Notes under the pieces: model-generated
Told to the model about the DNA's origin: nothing
The model's database searches: none
The model's input: the letters and a program-made list of their open reading frames with translations, nothing else
IMG/VR virus record: IMGVR_UViG_3300029288_000072
Span: 134,443 to 198,442 of that record
Origin: a virus
Lineage: Duplodnaviria > Caudoviricetes
Length of the DNA: 64,000 bases
Direction: 5' to 3' (one strand)
Made by a program: the position numbers and the translations under genes
Shown: in pieces, positions 1 through 9,664 of the stretch
How the letters are laid out: each line of letters begins with the position of its first letter
Position numbering within the stretch: position 1 is the first letter of the stretch

Positions 1-312
1 CCAATATTCTGGATGATGTTTACTATTATTAATATGATGTTCTGTTGCTACTATCATATCATCTTCGATATTTTCTGGCGTATTAAATTCAATACCATCC
101 TTCTTACACTTATACTTCCATGTAACGTAAATATATGGGGTTAATTCTGGTTCTTGGAATTTAGACTTGTCATGATCCATTTTTCTTTGTTCTAATTCAT
201 CTTTCATGTCTGGATATTTTGAAATTAAAATATCTAAATTCTTTCTAACTGAATCAATATGCTTTTGTGTACGTTTGTAAAAGTGATCTTCCATTTCTTT
301 TGTTATAGTCAT
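1..312 (-). CDS. DUF5662/HD-like hypothetical protein (partial, runs off window start)
   Basis: Manual translation from ATG at 312 (AGGA SD upstream): MTITKEMEDHFYKRTQKH...MDHDKSKFQEPE...EHHINNSKHHPEYW; HDxSK and HHPE motifs. Confidence 0.6.
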   Translation of the reverse strand, partial: MTITKEMEDHFYKRTQKHIDSVRKNLDILISKYPDMKDELEQRKMDHDKSKFQEPELTPYIYVTWKYKCKKDGIEFNTPENIEDDMIVATEHHINNSKHHPEYW

Positions 313-321
313 TATTTTTCC

Positions 322-1332
322 TCAAACCGCCATTGGTGCTTTTATTGCTGGATGACATTTATATCCTATCAATTCAAAATCTTCAAAAGAAAGATTTTCA
401 ATATCTTCAAGAGTTTTAATATCAGTTTTAATATTTAGTTGTGGAAATGGATATGGTTTTCTTGAAATTTGTTCCTTACATTGTTCAATATGGTTGAGAT
501 ATATATGCGTATCTCCACCCGAAAATGTCAATGTTCCTGGCTTTAAATTAGTTATCTTTGCAATAAGATATGTTAATAATGCATAAGATGCGATGTTAAA
601 TGGAATTCCGAGTAATGTATCACAACTGCGTTGATACCACTGACAATTTAAATGTCCATCAGTCACATCGAATTGATATAACAAATGACAGGGTGGGAGT
701 GCCATCTTATCAAGATTTTCAACATCCCATGCAGAGATAATTATACGTCTATCATTTGGATTATTAATAATTGTATCAACCGCATTTGCAAGTTGATCTA
801 TTCCATTTTTAAACTGACATTTTGATACTTTATAAAAGTAATCGACTGGAGCATGTTTATAAGAATATTTTGATCCTTCATAATCTGCCCCCCAATGTCT
901 CCATTCGAACCCATACCCAGGCCCGATTTCTCCAACTGGATAGTCTAAACCTCTCTTATCAAGAAATTCTCTTGAAGTATTTCCAACCCAAATCTTGACT
1001 CCTTTTGCCTCTAGTTTTTTAGAGTCGGTTTCTCCACGGATAAACCACAATAATTCTTCTACAACGCCTTTAAAAAATACTTTTTTAGTTGTTAATATTG
1101 GAAATGAATGTTCAAGATTGAATTTAAGTTTCGTACCAAAGATACTTTTTGTGCCAACATTTGTTCTATCAGATTTTATAACACCATGTTCAAGAATATC
1201 TTCTAGTAGATGAAGATATTGATATTCTTCATGTTGTTTTTTCTGTCTATGTCTTAATAAAAGTTTTTCTTCCTCTTTACTTACATAAACAGAATTATCA
1301 TGTTCATATGATGCATATGAATTTAAATCCAT
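322..1332 (-). CDS. thyA: Thymidylate synthase (T4 td-like)
   Basis: DRTNVGT, EELLWFIRG, RRIIISAW, MALPPCH, YQRSCD, GIPFNIASY (Asn = dUMP-specific), GDTHIY. Confidence 0.97.
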   Translation of the reverse strand: MDLNSYASYEHDNSVYVSKEEEKLLLRHRQKKQHEEYQYLHLLEDILEHGVIKSDRTNVGTKSIFGTKLKFNLEHSFPILTTKKVFFKGVVEELLWFIRGETDSKKLEAKGVKIWVGNTSREFLDKRGLDYPVGEIGPGYGFEWRHWGADYEGSKYSYKHAPVDYFYKVSKCQFKNGIDQLANAVDTIINNPNDRRIIISAWDVENLDKMALPPCHLLYQFDVTDGHLNCQWYQRSCDTLLGIPFNIASYALLTYLIAKITNLKPGTLTFSGGDTHIYLNHIEQCKEQISRKPYPFPQLNIKTDIKTLEDIENLSFEDFELIGYKCHPAIKAPMAV

Positions 1333-1348
1333 TTGAAATCCCCTTTAA

Positions 1349-1510
1349 TCATTTTGAATCTTCAACTACTTCTTCTTCTAATAGAATTAAAAATGTGCCA
1401 TTTTCTATTTTAGTTTCTTGTACATTTTTTCCTAGTTTTTTTGAGACGACTTTAGCTACTATATTAAGTGCTTCTGCTTCGTCTACTTTAACAGTTTTTT
1501 GAACCTTCAT
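1349..1510 (-). CDS. Small hypothetical protein (53 aa, below ORF-track cutoff)
   Basis: AAAGGAG SD then ATG at 1510; MKVQKTVKVDEAEALNIVAKVVSKKLGKNV...; fills the gap between the AAA gene and thyA. Confidence 0.6.
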   Translation of the reverse strand: MKVQKTVKVDEAEALNIVAKVVSKKLGKNVQETKIENGTFLILLEEEVVEDSK

Positions 1511-2855
1511 TTAATTCTCCTTTGTTATATGTTTCTAATGCTAGGTTTATACATTTTTCTTTGAATTGTGCTGGTGTAACTTCTTTATCTTCTTCAAGAA
1601 CCTTTTCTATTAATTTTTCTTCGTTAATCATACCAGAAAAAATATTTTTTGCAATGAACAATTTACCATCTGGTCCTATAGGATCCATCTCATACACATA
1701 ATCTATTCTTCCTGGCCGGGTTGTTCCGCCACCACCTAATGCAGAATCTATTTTTTCTGGAAAATTGGTTGTTATGAACGTAACAATTCCGTCATATTTT
1801 TTTGCACCATCTAATATATTTAGAATACAATCAAACGATACTGGCTTTCTTCCAGACGTTGTATTTTTAAGATATATATTATCTCTTTTATCAAATACGG
1901 AATCAAAATCTTCAAATACTGCAAAACACGGAGAATATGATCTTAATGATTCCCATTCTTCCTCTAGATCATCATTTGTCATCGTAGACAAATCAAAAAT
2001 AAATACTGGAAAATCGAGATATTCTGCCATCGCATTTATAAAACTTGTTTTTCCTGTACCAGCGGGTCCGTGTAAAAGTATTCCTCGTTTCCATGATATC
2101 CCGCGTGTTTGAAACCATTTTTTATTTTCAACCCATCTAATTAATTTATTTTTTAGATCTTTCATATTATTTGTTAAATATAAATTATCAATCATTTTTG
2201 TAGACCCATACGCATATGTTATAAACCTATGAAATTCATCTGTTGTATAATTTACTCTAATTCCAATATTTAAACTTTCTAATTGGAAAAAAGTTAAGCA
2301 TGATGGATTTATATTACTTGATGGAGAAATATCTCTAGGAGGTTCAGCCGTAACTCCACCACCCCGTCTAGGTCTAGAATTTCGTTCACTTTGTTCTGAA
2401 TAATTTAAACTTCCTCTTTTAAATGATACCATATATCTTTCTATTTTTTCATTATTATATAGAGTATTATAATCTTTCAGAATTTCAGACATAATTTTTT
2501 CATGATTTATAAATGGCTTTAATCCAAGTATCATAACAGAACGAGAATCTATTTTTGCTAAAATAGGACATTTTTTAATAAAAATTAGTCTAAAATTATT
2601 AAATCCGTATTCTTTAATAAATATTTTTGCCTCTTTATCAGACCCCAAATATGCATAATCATAAATAGGAGATAAAGATTTTTTAAATTTTAATTTTTTC
2701 CACACATATGATGCCGCATATTTATAAAATACATCAGTACAATCACATTTACATATAAAGAAACTTAAAAAATACCAAAGAATTCCTTTTATTTTATCCC
2801 ACACGGCAACCAACAAAGTTGCAAATATTCCACCTGTTAATATAGGATTCATCAA
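1488..2855 (-). CDS. BCS1-like AAA+ ATPase with N-terminal hydrophobic segment
   Basis: WF..RGISWKRGILLHGPAGTGKT Walker A, FEDFD Walker B, ILNILDG, TTN, RPGRID. Confidence 0.85.
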   Translation of the reverse strand: MMNPILTGGIFATLLVAVWDKIKGILWYFLSFFICKCDCTDVFYKYAASYVWKKLKFKKSLSPIYDYAYLGSDKEAKIFIKEYGFNNFRLIFIKKCPILAKIDSRSVMILGLKPFINHEKIMSEILKDYNTLYNNEKIERYMVSFKRGSLNYSEQSERNSRPRRGGGVTAEPPRDISPSSNINPSCLTFFQLESLNIGIRVNYTTDEFHRFITYAYGSTKMIDNLYLTNNMKDLKNKLIRWVENKKWFQTRGISWKRGILLHGPAGTGKTSFINAMAEYLDFPVFIFDLSTMTNDDLEEEWESLRSYSPCFAVFEDFDSVFDKRDNIYLKNTTSGRKPVSFDCILNILDGAKKYDGIVTFITTNFPEKIDSALGGGGTTRPGRIDYVYEMDPIGPDGKLFIAKNIFSGMINEEKLIEKVLEEDKEVTPAQFKEKCINLALETYNKGELNEGSKNC

Positions 2856-2864
2856 AAACCCTTT

Positions 2865-3101
2865 CTAAATATCTTCAATAATAATAGTAATTTTTTTCTG
2901 GACATTTCTATCTGTAAATATAGCACCGGGATACAATAACCATCTTGAATCCATATGCAATTCTTTTAATTCTTCTTTTATTTCAGTTTCTATTTTCCAA
3001 TCTTCCTCTCCACAAATTTCTTTATATGTTTCTTCACCAACATCCCAACAGAAACATTCTCCATCACCAGTTGATTTTCCATAAAATTCAATTTTCTTCA
3101 T
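2865..3101 (-). CDS. Hypothetical protein
   Basis: Co-directional overlapping ORF in operon with GGAG SD. Confidence 0.6.
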   Translation of the reverse strand: MKKIEFYGKSTGDGECFCWDVGEETYKEICGEEDWKIETEIKEELKELHMDSRWLLYPGAIFTDRNVQKKITIIIEDI

Positions 3102-3495
3102 TATAATCTCCTAACATTTCATCTATTTTCTCGTATATAATATTTAATTCAGTTTCTATAATATTTGCATTTTGATAATCACAATTTTTCTCATAATCAT
3201 CTCTCATATATTGCAACTTTTCTATTCCTTTAGATAATTCTTTTATTAAGTTTGACGCATCACTTGCTATGATATCGACTTCATGATCCATTTTTATTCC
3301 ACATTCTTTACACTGATCCCACAATAATGTTCCGTAGTTCCAATCACCCATTTCTAGATATGAACAATAACCATTACAATACTTATCATATTTTTTGTTT
3401 CTTGACCAATATGGACAATTTTTTTGCTTTCCGTTTTCGTGTGTATAGCAATACATTCCTTCTGGAATTACTGATGTATCTTTTTTATTTGACAT
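3088..3495 (-). CDS. Cys-rich hypothetical protein (possible Zn-binding)
   Basis: CY..CPYW..YCSYL..CKECG; overlaps neighbours in operon. Confidence 0.6.
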   Translation of the reverse strand: MSNKKDTSVIPEGMYCYTHENGKQKNCPYWSRNKKYDKYCNGYCSYLEMGDWNYGTLLWDQCKECGIKMDHEVDIIASDASNLIKELSKGIEKLQYMRDDYEKNCDYQNANIIETELNIIYEKIDEMLGDYNEEN

Positions 3496-4210
3496 TTTGC
3501 ATCATCTCCGCCAATTTTTTACTTCTATTTCCTACTTGTGAATACCATTTAGAATCTATCATTTCTTCTGCTGCTTTTTTATAATCTTTTTCTTTAATTG
3601 CAGCAATCATTTTTTGAAATTTTTGTAATCCAAAAACACCTAAATTAAAACACATATCAACAAGTATTAATTGGACATCATTAGGTAATAGGGCAAAATC
3701 ACTAAAAATATTTGTTACTGCTTTTATAGTGTCAATTATATCAAGTTTAAATATTTCATAAAGAATATCTTTTTTAACTTGTATTCCATTTAACACAGTT
3801 TCATATACATAGCCATATTGTCTTAATTTTTCTTTTGCATCATATCTATTTAAATTAAATCCAACACCGATTGTAGGATTTCCTCTGGTATCTGTGTATA
3901 CAATATCTCTAAATCCTTCATGAGTTTCTACAAATTGCATGAAGTCTTCAAGTTTTAATTTATTTTGTGTTTGATTGGATTGAATACAATCTTCAAATCC
4001 TATTGTTTTAAGATGAGACATGATCCAATCTGCCCGGTCTTTATGCATACTACAAAATTCATATGAATACCCATGTTCACATACTGGCATATAAATTGTT
4101 GTTTCATTTTCTTTTATAATATCTTGAATAAGAGATATTAATTCTGTTTTCCAATAGTCGTTTAGACACGGATTTCGGTCTAAAAATTCTTGTAGATTTA
4201 GTAAATTCAT
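3485..4210 (-). CDS. GH24 phage lysozyme with ~85 aa N-terminal extension
   Basis: HEG..VYTDTRGNPTIGVGFNL (E-D-T triad), DMCFNLG, AAEEMIDSKWYSQV. Confidence 0.9.
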   Translation of the reverse strand: MNLLNLQEFLDRNPCLNDYWKTELISLIQDIIKENETTIYMPVCEHGYSYEFCSMHKDRADWIMSHLKTIGFEDCIQSNQTQNKLKLEDFMQFVETHEGFRDIVYTDTRGNPTIGVGFNLNRYDAKEKLRQYGYVYETVLNGIQVKKDILYEIFKLDIIDTIKAVTNIFSDFALLPNDVQLILVDMCFNLGVFGLQKFQKMIAAIKEKDYKKAAEEMIDSKWYSQVGNRSKKLAEMMQNVK

Positions 4211-4216
4211 ACTATT

Positions 4217-4225
4217 ATTATATCA
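4217..4225 (-). promoter_or_regulatory. Extended -10 promoter (TGATATAAT) for lysozyme gene
   Basis: TGnTATAAT ends 6 nt before ATG 4210. Confidence 0.5.
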
Positions 4226-4240
4226 GATAATATAATGATG

Positions 4241-4867
4241 TCAATTAACTAAAATCAAAACCATTCTATTTGTTTTTCTGCCATGATTACGCGCAATATA
4301 TTGACACGCATTTATGCTTCTCCATGTACCATCATATTTTAATTGTGGAATTCTTAAATCTAATACTGTTTCTTTCTTCATTCTCCATGCTCTTTTTAAG
4401 GCACCGCCAGTGTCATCAACGGAATGGATACCGTATCCTTCTACATGAATGGTTGATCCTATTGGTATAAGAGGGCTTCCAGAGGCAATTCCATATGTTC
4501 TAATTGCATCTTTTAATATCGCAGTTTTTCCGTCACCCGCACCAATAGAATGATTTACTCCATCATCTTTCCATGTATAAGCAGTCGTCGTAACCATAAT
4601 TGGTTTCCAAATTCTACCATCCAAATCATGATAATACCCATTTTCATCAATTATATAAGTCTTGTTACCATAAGTAGTTGTAACAAAATTTATTTTGATT
4701 TCATTTTCTATATTGTTTTTATAATCATAATATATGTCTAACTCTGGATATGTTTGTATTTGGATAGATTTATTTGGTGTCGAATCTTTAGTCTCTTTTG
4801 TTGTATTAAACAACAAAATCCCTGTCATAAGTAAACTTATAATATAAGTTATAGGATAATTGAACAT
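4241..4867 (-). CDS. 3D-domain (MltA-like) peptidoglycan-active protein with N-terminal hydrophobic anchor
   Basis: TTTAY, IPIGSTIHVEGYG, DDTGGA, VLDL; start reassigned to ATG 4867 after AGGAG SD. Confidence 0.8.
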   Translation of the reverse strand: MFNYPITYIISLLMTGILLFNTTKETKDSTPNKSIQIQTYPELDIYYDYKNNIENEIKINFVTTTYGNKTYIIDENGYYHDLDGRIWKPIMVTTTAYTWKDDGVNHSIGAGDGKTAILKDAIRTYGIASGSPLIPIGSTIHVEGYGIHSVDDTGGALKRAWRMKKETVLDLRIPQLKYDGTWRSINACQYIARNHGRKTNRMVLILVN

Positions 4868-4925
4868 AAATTCTCCTAAAAGATGGACCATTATAATTGA
4901 TGATTGGCAAAAGTCAATAAAAACA

Positions 4926-4933
4926 TATTTATA
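4926..4933 (-). promoter_or_regulatory. T4-type late promoter TATAAATA upstream of 3D/lysozyme genes
   Basis: Exact gp55 consensus in the divergent intergenic gap. Confidence 0.5.
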
Positions 4934-4948
4934 AAAAATAATTATTTT

Positions 4949-4957
4949 TGATATAAT
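4949..4957 (+). promoter_or_regulatory. Extended -10 promoter (TGATATAAT) for glycan operon
   Basis: TATAAT at 4952-4957, 7 nt before ATG 4965. Confidence 0.55.
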
Positions 4958-4964
4958 TTAAAAT

Positions 4965-6050
4965 ATGAAAAAAATATTTGTTTCTGGTTGTTATGACATT
5001 ATACACGGTGGTCATATAGAATTTTTTAATCAAGTCAAGAACTTGGGTGATTATCTTATTGTTAGTATAGCATCAGAAAATGTTTTGTTACATTATAAAA
5101 ATAGAAAATCATCATTACCAACCGAACATAAAAAAAGATTATTAGAATCTATATCAATAATAGATAAAGTTGTCGTTAGTGATTCTATAGAGTTTAATGG
5201 GTTGGATTTTATAGATAATTTTAAAGAATTAAAACCCGATGTATTAATATCTACAGAAGATGATAAGTTTAAAGCAGAAAAGAAATTATTTTGTGATTCG
5301 TGTGACTGGAAACCACAATATATTAATTTACCAAAAACACTAAATTATGAAAAAATATCAACAACTGATATTGTTAATTGGATAAAAGCACCAAAAGAAG
5401 TTCCTCTTAGAGTAGATTTTGCTGGAGGATGGTTGGATGTTCCAAAATTTTCAACTAAAGGTGCATTTATTGTAAATTGTACTATATCACCAAAAGTAGA
5501 TTTAAATAACTGGAATTATAATATAGGTGGTGGGCTGGGTGGATCTGCGGCGTATGCTATATTAAATGGAAAAAATTCAGTTCAAAGTGAATTAGATCTT
5601 GGTGTTGGTTGGCAAGATCCAGCAGCAATACAAGAGACTGGTTTATGTATATGGAGAAGTGGCTATACTCCAATTTTAGAGGCAAAATATAATCCAGACT
5701 GGCTAAATGGTAAAATGGCTTTAAAGTGGACAGGAAAAAATCATACTACATATTCGTTTACAGACAATAAACGAGATTTTGATAAAATAATATTTGCTGG
5801 TCAACAAGCAAAAATAGCTTGCCAGCTAAAATCTTTAACTCAATTAGCATACTCAATACATTTATCATATCAATGCCAATTAAATGAAGGAATGGAACCA
5901 TTAGAAGATTTATCATTGGCAAGAAAATATTGCGGTGGTGGATTTGGTGGTTATGCATTATACTTATTTAAATCAAATGATGAAAGAGATTGTTTTGTAG
6001 ATAAATATAATGGTGTTACAATAGAACCTTATATTAAGGAATATAAATGA
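4965..6050 (+). CDS. Cytidylyltransferase-like (HxGH) nucleotidyltransferase fused to GHMP sugar kinase (HddA-like)
   Basis: GCYDIIHGGH; PLRVDFAGGWLD, GGGLGGS, GWQD, KYCGGGFGG. Confidence 0.85.
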   Translation: MKKIFVSGCYDIIHGGHIEFFNQVKNLGDYLIVSIASENVLLHYKNRKSSLPTEHKKRLLESISIIDKVVVSDSIEFNGLDFIDNFKELKPDVLISTEDDKFKAEKKLFCDSCDWKPQYINLPKTLNYEKISTTDIVNWIKAPKEVPLRVDFAGGWLDVPKFSTKGAFIVNCTISPKVDLNNWNYNIGGGLGGSAAYAILNGKNSVQSELDLGVGWQDPAAIQETGLCIWRSGYTPILEAKYNPDWLNGKMALKWTGKNHTTYSFTDNKRDFDKIIFAGQQAKIACQLKSLTQLAYSIHLSYQCQLNEGMEPLEDLSLARKYCGGGFGGYALYLFKSNDERDCFVDKYNGVTIEPYIKEYK

Positions 6051-7426
6051 TAAAATTGATAGTATTCGATCTAGATGGTGTATTGGTTGAATCAAAAGAA
6101 ACACATTTTGAAGCATTAAACATGGCATTGACAGATATAGATAAAAAATATGTGATTTCACATGATGAACATTTGAAATTTTTTGACGGACTTCCGACCA
6201 ATAAAAAATTAGAAATATTAACACAAAGAAAAGGATTATTAAAAGAATTTTATCAAGAAATATGGAATAAGAAACAAAATTATACATTTGATGTTATTAA
6301 AAATATTGTAAAAGAAAATAATGAAATTATAGAATTATTTAAAGAATTAAAAAATAGAGGACTACAAATTTGGGTAGCATCAAACTCAATTAAAAAAACA
6401 GTTAAATTATATTTATTAAAACTAGGTTTGATAGAATATGTGGATGATTTCATATCAAACGAAGATGTTAAATCACCAAAACCAAAAGCAGAAATGTATC
6501 TAAAATGTATGGTAAATACATCATCAGATCCACAAGAAACTGTTGTTGTTGAAGATTCATATGTGGGAATAACAGCAGCAAATAAATCTGGCGCACATGT
6601 TTGTATTGTAAAAAATTCAACAGAGACTACTAGAAACAAAGTATTATCATTTATTGATAAAATAAACGGACAAAATGATTATAAAACAACTTGGGAAGAA
6701 CCAACCATGAATATTTTAATACCTATGGCCGGTGCGGGTAGTAGATTCGCAACAGCAGGATATACATTTCCAAAACCATTAATAGAAGTACATGGAAAGC
6801 CAATGATTCAAGTTGTAGTAGAAAATATTAATATAAAAGGAAAATACACGTACATTGTTAGAAAAGAACATCATGAAAAATATAATTTACAATATTTACT
6901 GAACATGATAACTCCAAATTGTAATATTGTATGTGTTGATCATTTAACGGATGGTGCCGCATGCACTACGTTATTAGCAAAAGATTTAATAAATACGGGG
7001 GATCCTCTATTAATAGCAAACTCTGATCAATTTGTTGAATGGGATAGTGCATCATTTATGTATTCAATGAATTCTGGAATATGGGATGGCGGAATTTTAA
7101 CATTTGATAATACACATCCAAAATGGAGTTATGTAAAAACTGATGATGATGGATATGTCACTGAGTTGGCTGAAAAAAAGGTAATTTCAAATACAGCAAC
7201 AGTTGGAATATATTGGTGGAAAAAGGGTTGTGAATATGTTTCTTATGCTGAACAAATGATTAGTAAAAATATTAGGGTTAATAATGAATTCTATGTTGCG
7301 CCTGTTTATAACGAAGCAATATCCGATAATAAAAAAATAAAAATATTTAATATAGAAAGAATGTGGGGTATTGGAACACCAGAAGACCTCGATTACTTCT
7401 TAAAAAATTATAAAGGTAAAATATGA
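6047..7426 (+). CDS. HAD phosphatase fused to sugar-phosphate nucleotidyltransferase
   Basis: FDLDGVL, SPKP, VEDS; IPMAGAGSRF, PKPLIEV, NSDQ, WGIGTPEDL. Confidence 0.9.
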   Translation: MIKLIVFDLDGVLVESKETHFEALNMALTDIDKKYVISHDEHLKFFDGLPTNKKLEILTQRKGLLKEFYQEIWNKKQNYTFDVIKNIVKENNEIIELFKELKNRGLQIWVASNSIKKTVKLYLLKLGLIEYVDDFISNEDVKSPKPKAEMYLKCMVNTSSDPQETVVVEDSYVGITAANKSGAHVCIVKNSTETTRNKVLSFIDKINGQNDYKTTWEEPTMNILIPMAGAGSRFATAGYTFPKPLIEVHGKPMIQVVVENINIKGKYTYIVRKEHHEKYNLQYLLNMITPNCNIVCVDHLTDGAACTTLLAKDLINTGDPLLIANSDQFVEWDSASFMYSMNSGIWDGGILTFDNTHPKWSYVKTDDDGYVTELAEKKVISNTATVGIYWWKKGCEYVSYAEQMISKNIRVNNEFYVAPVYNEAISDNKKIKIFNIERMWGIGTPEDLDYFLKNYKGKI

Positions 7427-8241
7427 AAGTAAATATTTTTATAACAACATATAATGCAGTTGATGATTTAAATAATTGTTTAAAAAGTTTATTTGAAAGC
7501 GATATTAATAAAGTAGAATATTCTGTTAATATTATTAATAATAATACAAATTTTAAATTAATTAATAACTATAATGTAAAAATTTATAATAACCAATGTC
7601 GTCCAGATTTTTCAACTGGTCATTTGTCTAGAACGTGGAATCAATGTATAATAAATGGATTTAAAAGTATAACAAATCCAGATTGTGATGTATTAATTAC
7701 CATGCAGGATGATCAAATTTTAAAAAATAATTGGTTTTCATTATTATTACCACATATAGAAAAAAATTCATTTATTGAAATTGGTGGTGGCGATATAATG
7801 TGTATATATAAGCCGAGTTCAATATATAATGTCGGTTTATGGGATGAAAGATTTTGTGGTATAGGTTATCAAGAAGGCGATTATTTTTTAAGACAACTAA
7901 TTTATAATAAAGAAAATATTTCTATAAACGATTATTGTCATGGAAGAATTTATAATCCAATTTATGCCATTAGTAATAGAAAGAGAGAAATAGACAACGA
8001 ATATTTAAGAGTTCCTTCACGTAATAGTGTGCGTAGCACAGCACATCATAAATCTGCCGCATATCACGATCTTTGTAATAAATTCTTCCTTTTAAAATGG
8101 GGAATAGAATCTATTGATTGGAATATTGAACATATAAAGAATAATGTTACTCCGAAAATTGATTCATATATTATGTATCCGTATTTTGAATATCAATTAA
8201 ACCTTCCAGAATTGAGACTCCAACGATATTTTGTTATATAA
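7423..8241 (+). CDS. GT-A fold glycosyltransferase (GT2-like)
   Basis: FITTYN, QDD, VGLWDERF..GYQEGDYF. Confidence 0.7.
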   Translation: MKVNIFITTYNAVDDLNNCLKSLFESDINKVEYSVNIINNNTNFKLINNYNVKIYNNQCRPDFSTGHLSRTWNQCIINGFKSITNPDCDVLITMQDDQILKNNWFSLLLPHIEKNSFIEIGGGDIMCIYKPSSIYNVGLWDERFCGIGYQEGDYFLRQLIYNKENISINDYCHGRIYNPIYAISNRKREIDNEYLRVPSRNSVRSTAHHKSAAYHDLCNKFFLLKWGIESIDWNIEHIKNNVTPKIDSYIMYPYFEYQLNLPELRLQRYFVI

Positions 8242-8251
8242 AAGGAAAAAT

Positions 8252-8953
8252 ATGCAATTTAGTAATAATGAAAAAGAAATAATAAACACTTCTCAAAAAA
8301 TTTATGATAGCTTTAATGCTTTTATATTCAGTAATGACACTAAAGTTTTATCGAAATTAATAGCAAGAACATTATTATTTAATAAAGTAATAGATGTTCC
8401 TGGTGATATAGTTGAGTGTGGCGTTTTTAAAGGATCTGGTATTGTATCGTGGTTAAAAATAAAAAATATAATCAGTCCAAATATTTTTAAAAAAATTATA
8501 GGATTTGATTTCTTTGATACAAATAAATTATTAACTAGTTTAACTGGTGCAGATAAAGAAAGAATGGAAAATTTATTTTTAAGTAGAAATTTCAATTTAA
8601 ACGAAAATTATATTCCTATTTTAAAAGAAATTATTAAAAATATAGGATTTGATGAGTCCAATTTTGAATTAATTTCTGGAGATATTTCTACTACATCTGA
8701 AGAATATGTTAGAAATAGACCAGGAGCAAAAATATCTTTGTTATATTTAGATCTAGATATAGAAACCCCAACATATAATACATTAAAACATTTTTGGGAT
8801 ATAATATCATATGGGGGAATAATAGTTTTTGATGAGTATGGATATCATCAATGGTCAGAAGCAAAGGGGGTTGATGCCTTTTTTAAAGATAAAAAAATAA
8901 AAATAAGAAACTTACCATATACAGCACCAACAGCATATGTTATAAAGGAGTAA
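8252..8953 (+). CDS. TylF/MycF-family O-methyltransferase
   Basis: PGDIVECGVFKG, GFDFF, LYLDLD, GGIIVFDEY; ATG after AAGGA. Confidence 0.85.
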   Translation: MQFSNNEKEIINTSQKIYDSFNAFIFSNDTKVLSKLIARTLLFNKVIDVPGDIVECGVFKGSGIVSWLKIKNIISPNIFKKIIGFDFFDTNKLLTSLTGADKERMENLFLSRNFNLNENYIPILKEIIKNIGFDESNFELISGDISTTSEEYVRNRPGAKISLLYLDLDIETPTYNTLKHFWDIISYGGIIVFDEYGYHQWSEAKGVDAFFKDKKIKIRNLPYTAPTAYVIKE

Positions 8954-8956
8954 TTA

Positions 8957-9664
8957 ATGAATATTGACATGATAAAAAAATCATTTTTTGAAAATTATAA
9001 ACATTTTCCTGAAATTGCCCCGCAAAATACACTAATACATAAGATATTTAATGGATGCAGAATTCATACTAGAAGTGGTATCAAAACACTAATAAAAATT
9101 CTAAAACCAAAAAATATTTTAGAAATAGGATCATTGCATTTTGAGACAACAAATCAAATGGCATTATCAATGGCTGAATTATTTCCCGCCGACGTTGGTA
9201 AAATTCATTCATTTGATATTAAAACTGGTGGATATGATGGTGCAAGACAATGTATTCCATTATCAACGAGAATAGTATCTCATATATGGATTCCCCATAA
9301 AACATCTTATGATGATTGGAAATACAAAGATGAAGAAATATTAAAAACAGGATTTGCGGACTTGACAAATGAGCAAATTTTCGAAAAGAATTTGACATAT
9401 TTAAAATCAATCGCGCCGACTGAAGGATTTGATCTAGTTTATATAGATGGCGATCATTCATTTCAAGGTACTATGTATGATTATCAATATGCAAAACAAG
9501 TAATAAATGAAAACTCTTTTATTGTAGTAGATGATATATGGGATAATAGACTTCATGAGGTTAGAGAATTTTTTGATAGTCTAAAAAATGATAAATGGGA
9601 TTTTTATGAGTGGAATATTGCTCACAAAGATATGGTACAAAATATGGGAATATTCAAGCCATGA
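8957..9664 (+). CDS. Class I SAM-dependent methyltransferase (Methyltransf_24-like)
   Basis: ILEIGS, YIDGDHS, VVDD. Confidence 0.8.
   Translation: MNIDMIKKSFFENYKHFPEIAPQNTLIHKIFNGCRIHTRSGIKTLIKILKPKNILEIGSLHFETTNQMALSMAELFPADVGKIHSFDIKTGGYDGARQCIPLSTRIVSHIWIPHKTSYDDWKYKDEEILKTGFADLTNEQIFEKNLTYLKSIAPTEGFDLVYIDGDHSFQGTMYDYQYAKQVINENSFIVVDDIWDNRLHEVREFFDSLKNDKWDFYEWNIAHKDMVQNMGIFKP

Noticed and set aside
322-1332. dCMP hydroxymethylase (DNA modification) instead of ThyA
   Set aside because: GIPFNIASY keeps the dUMP-specifying Asn and all canonical TS motifs
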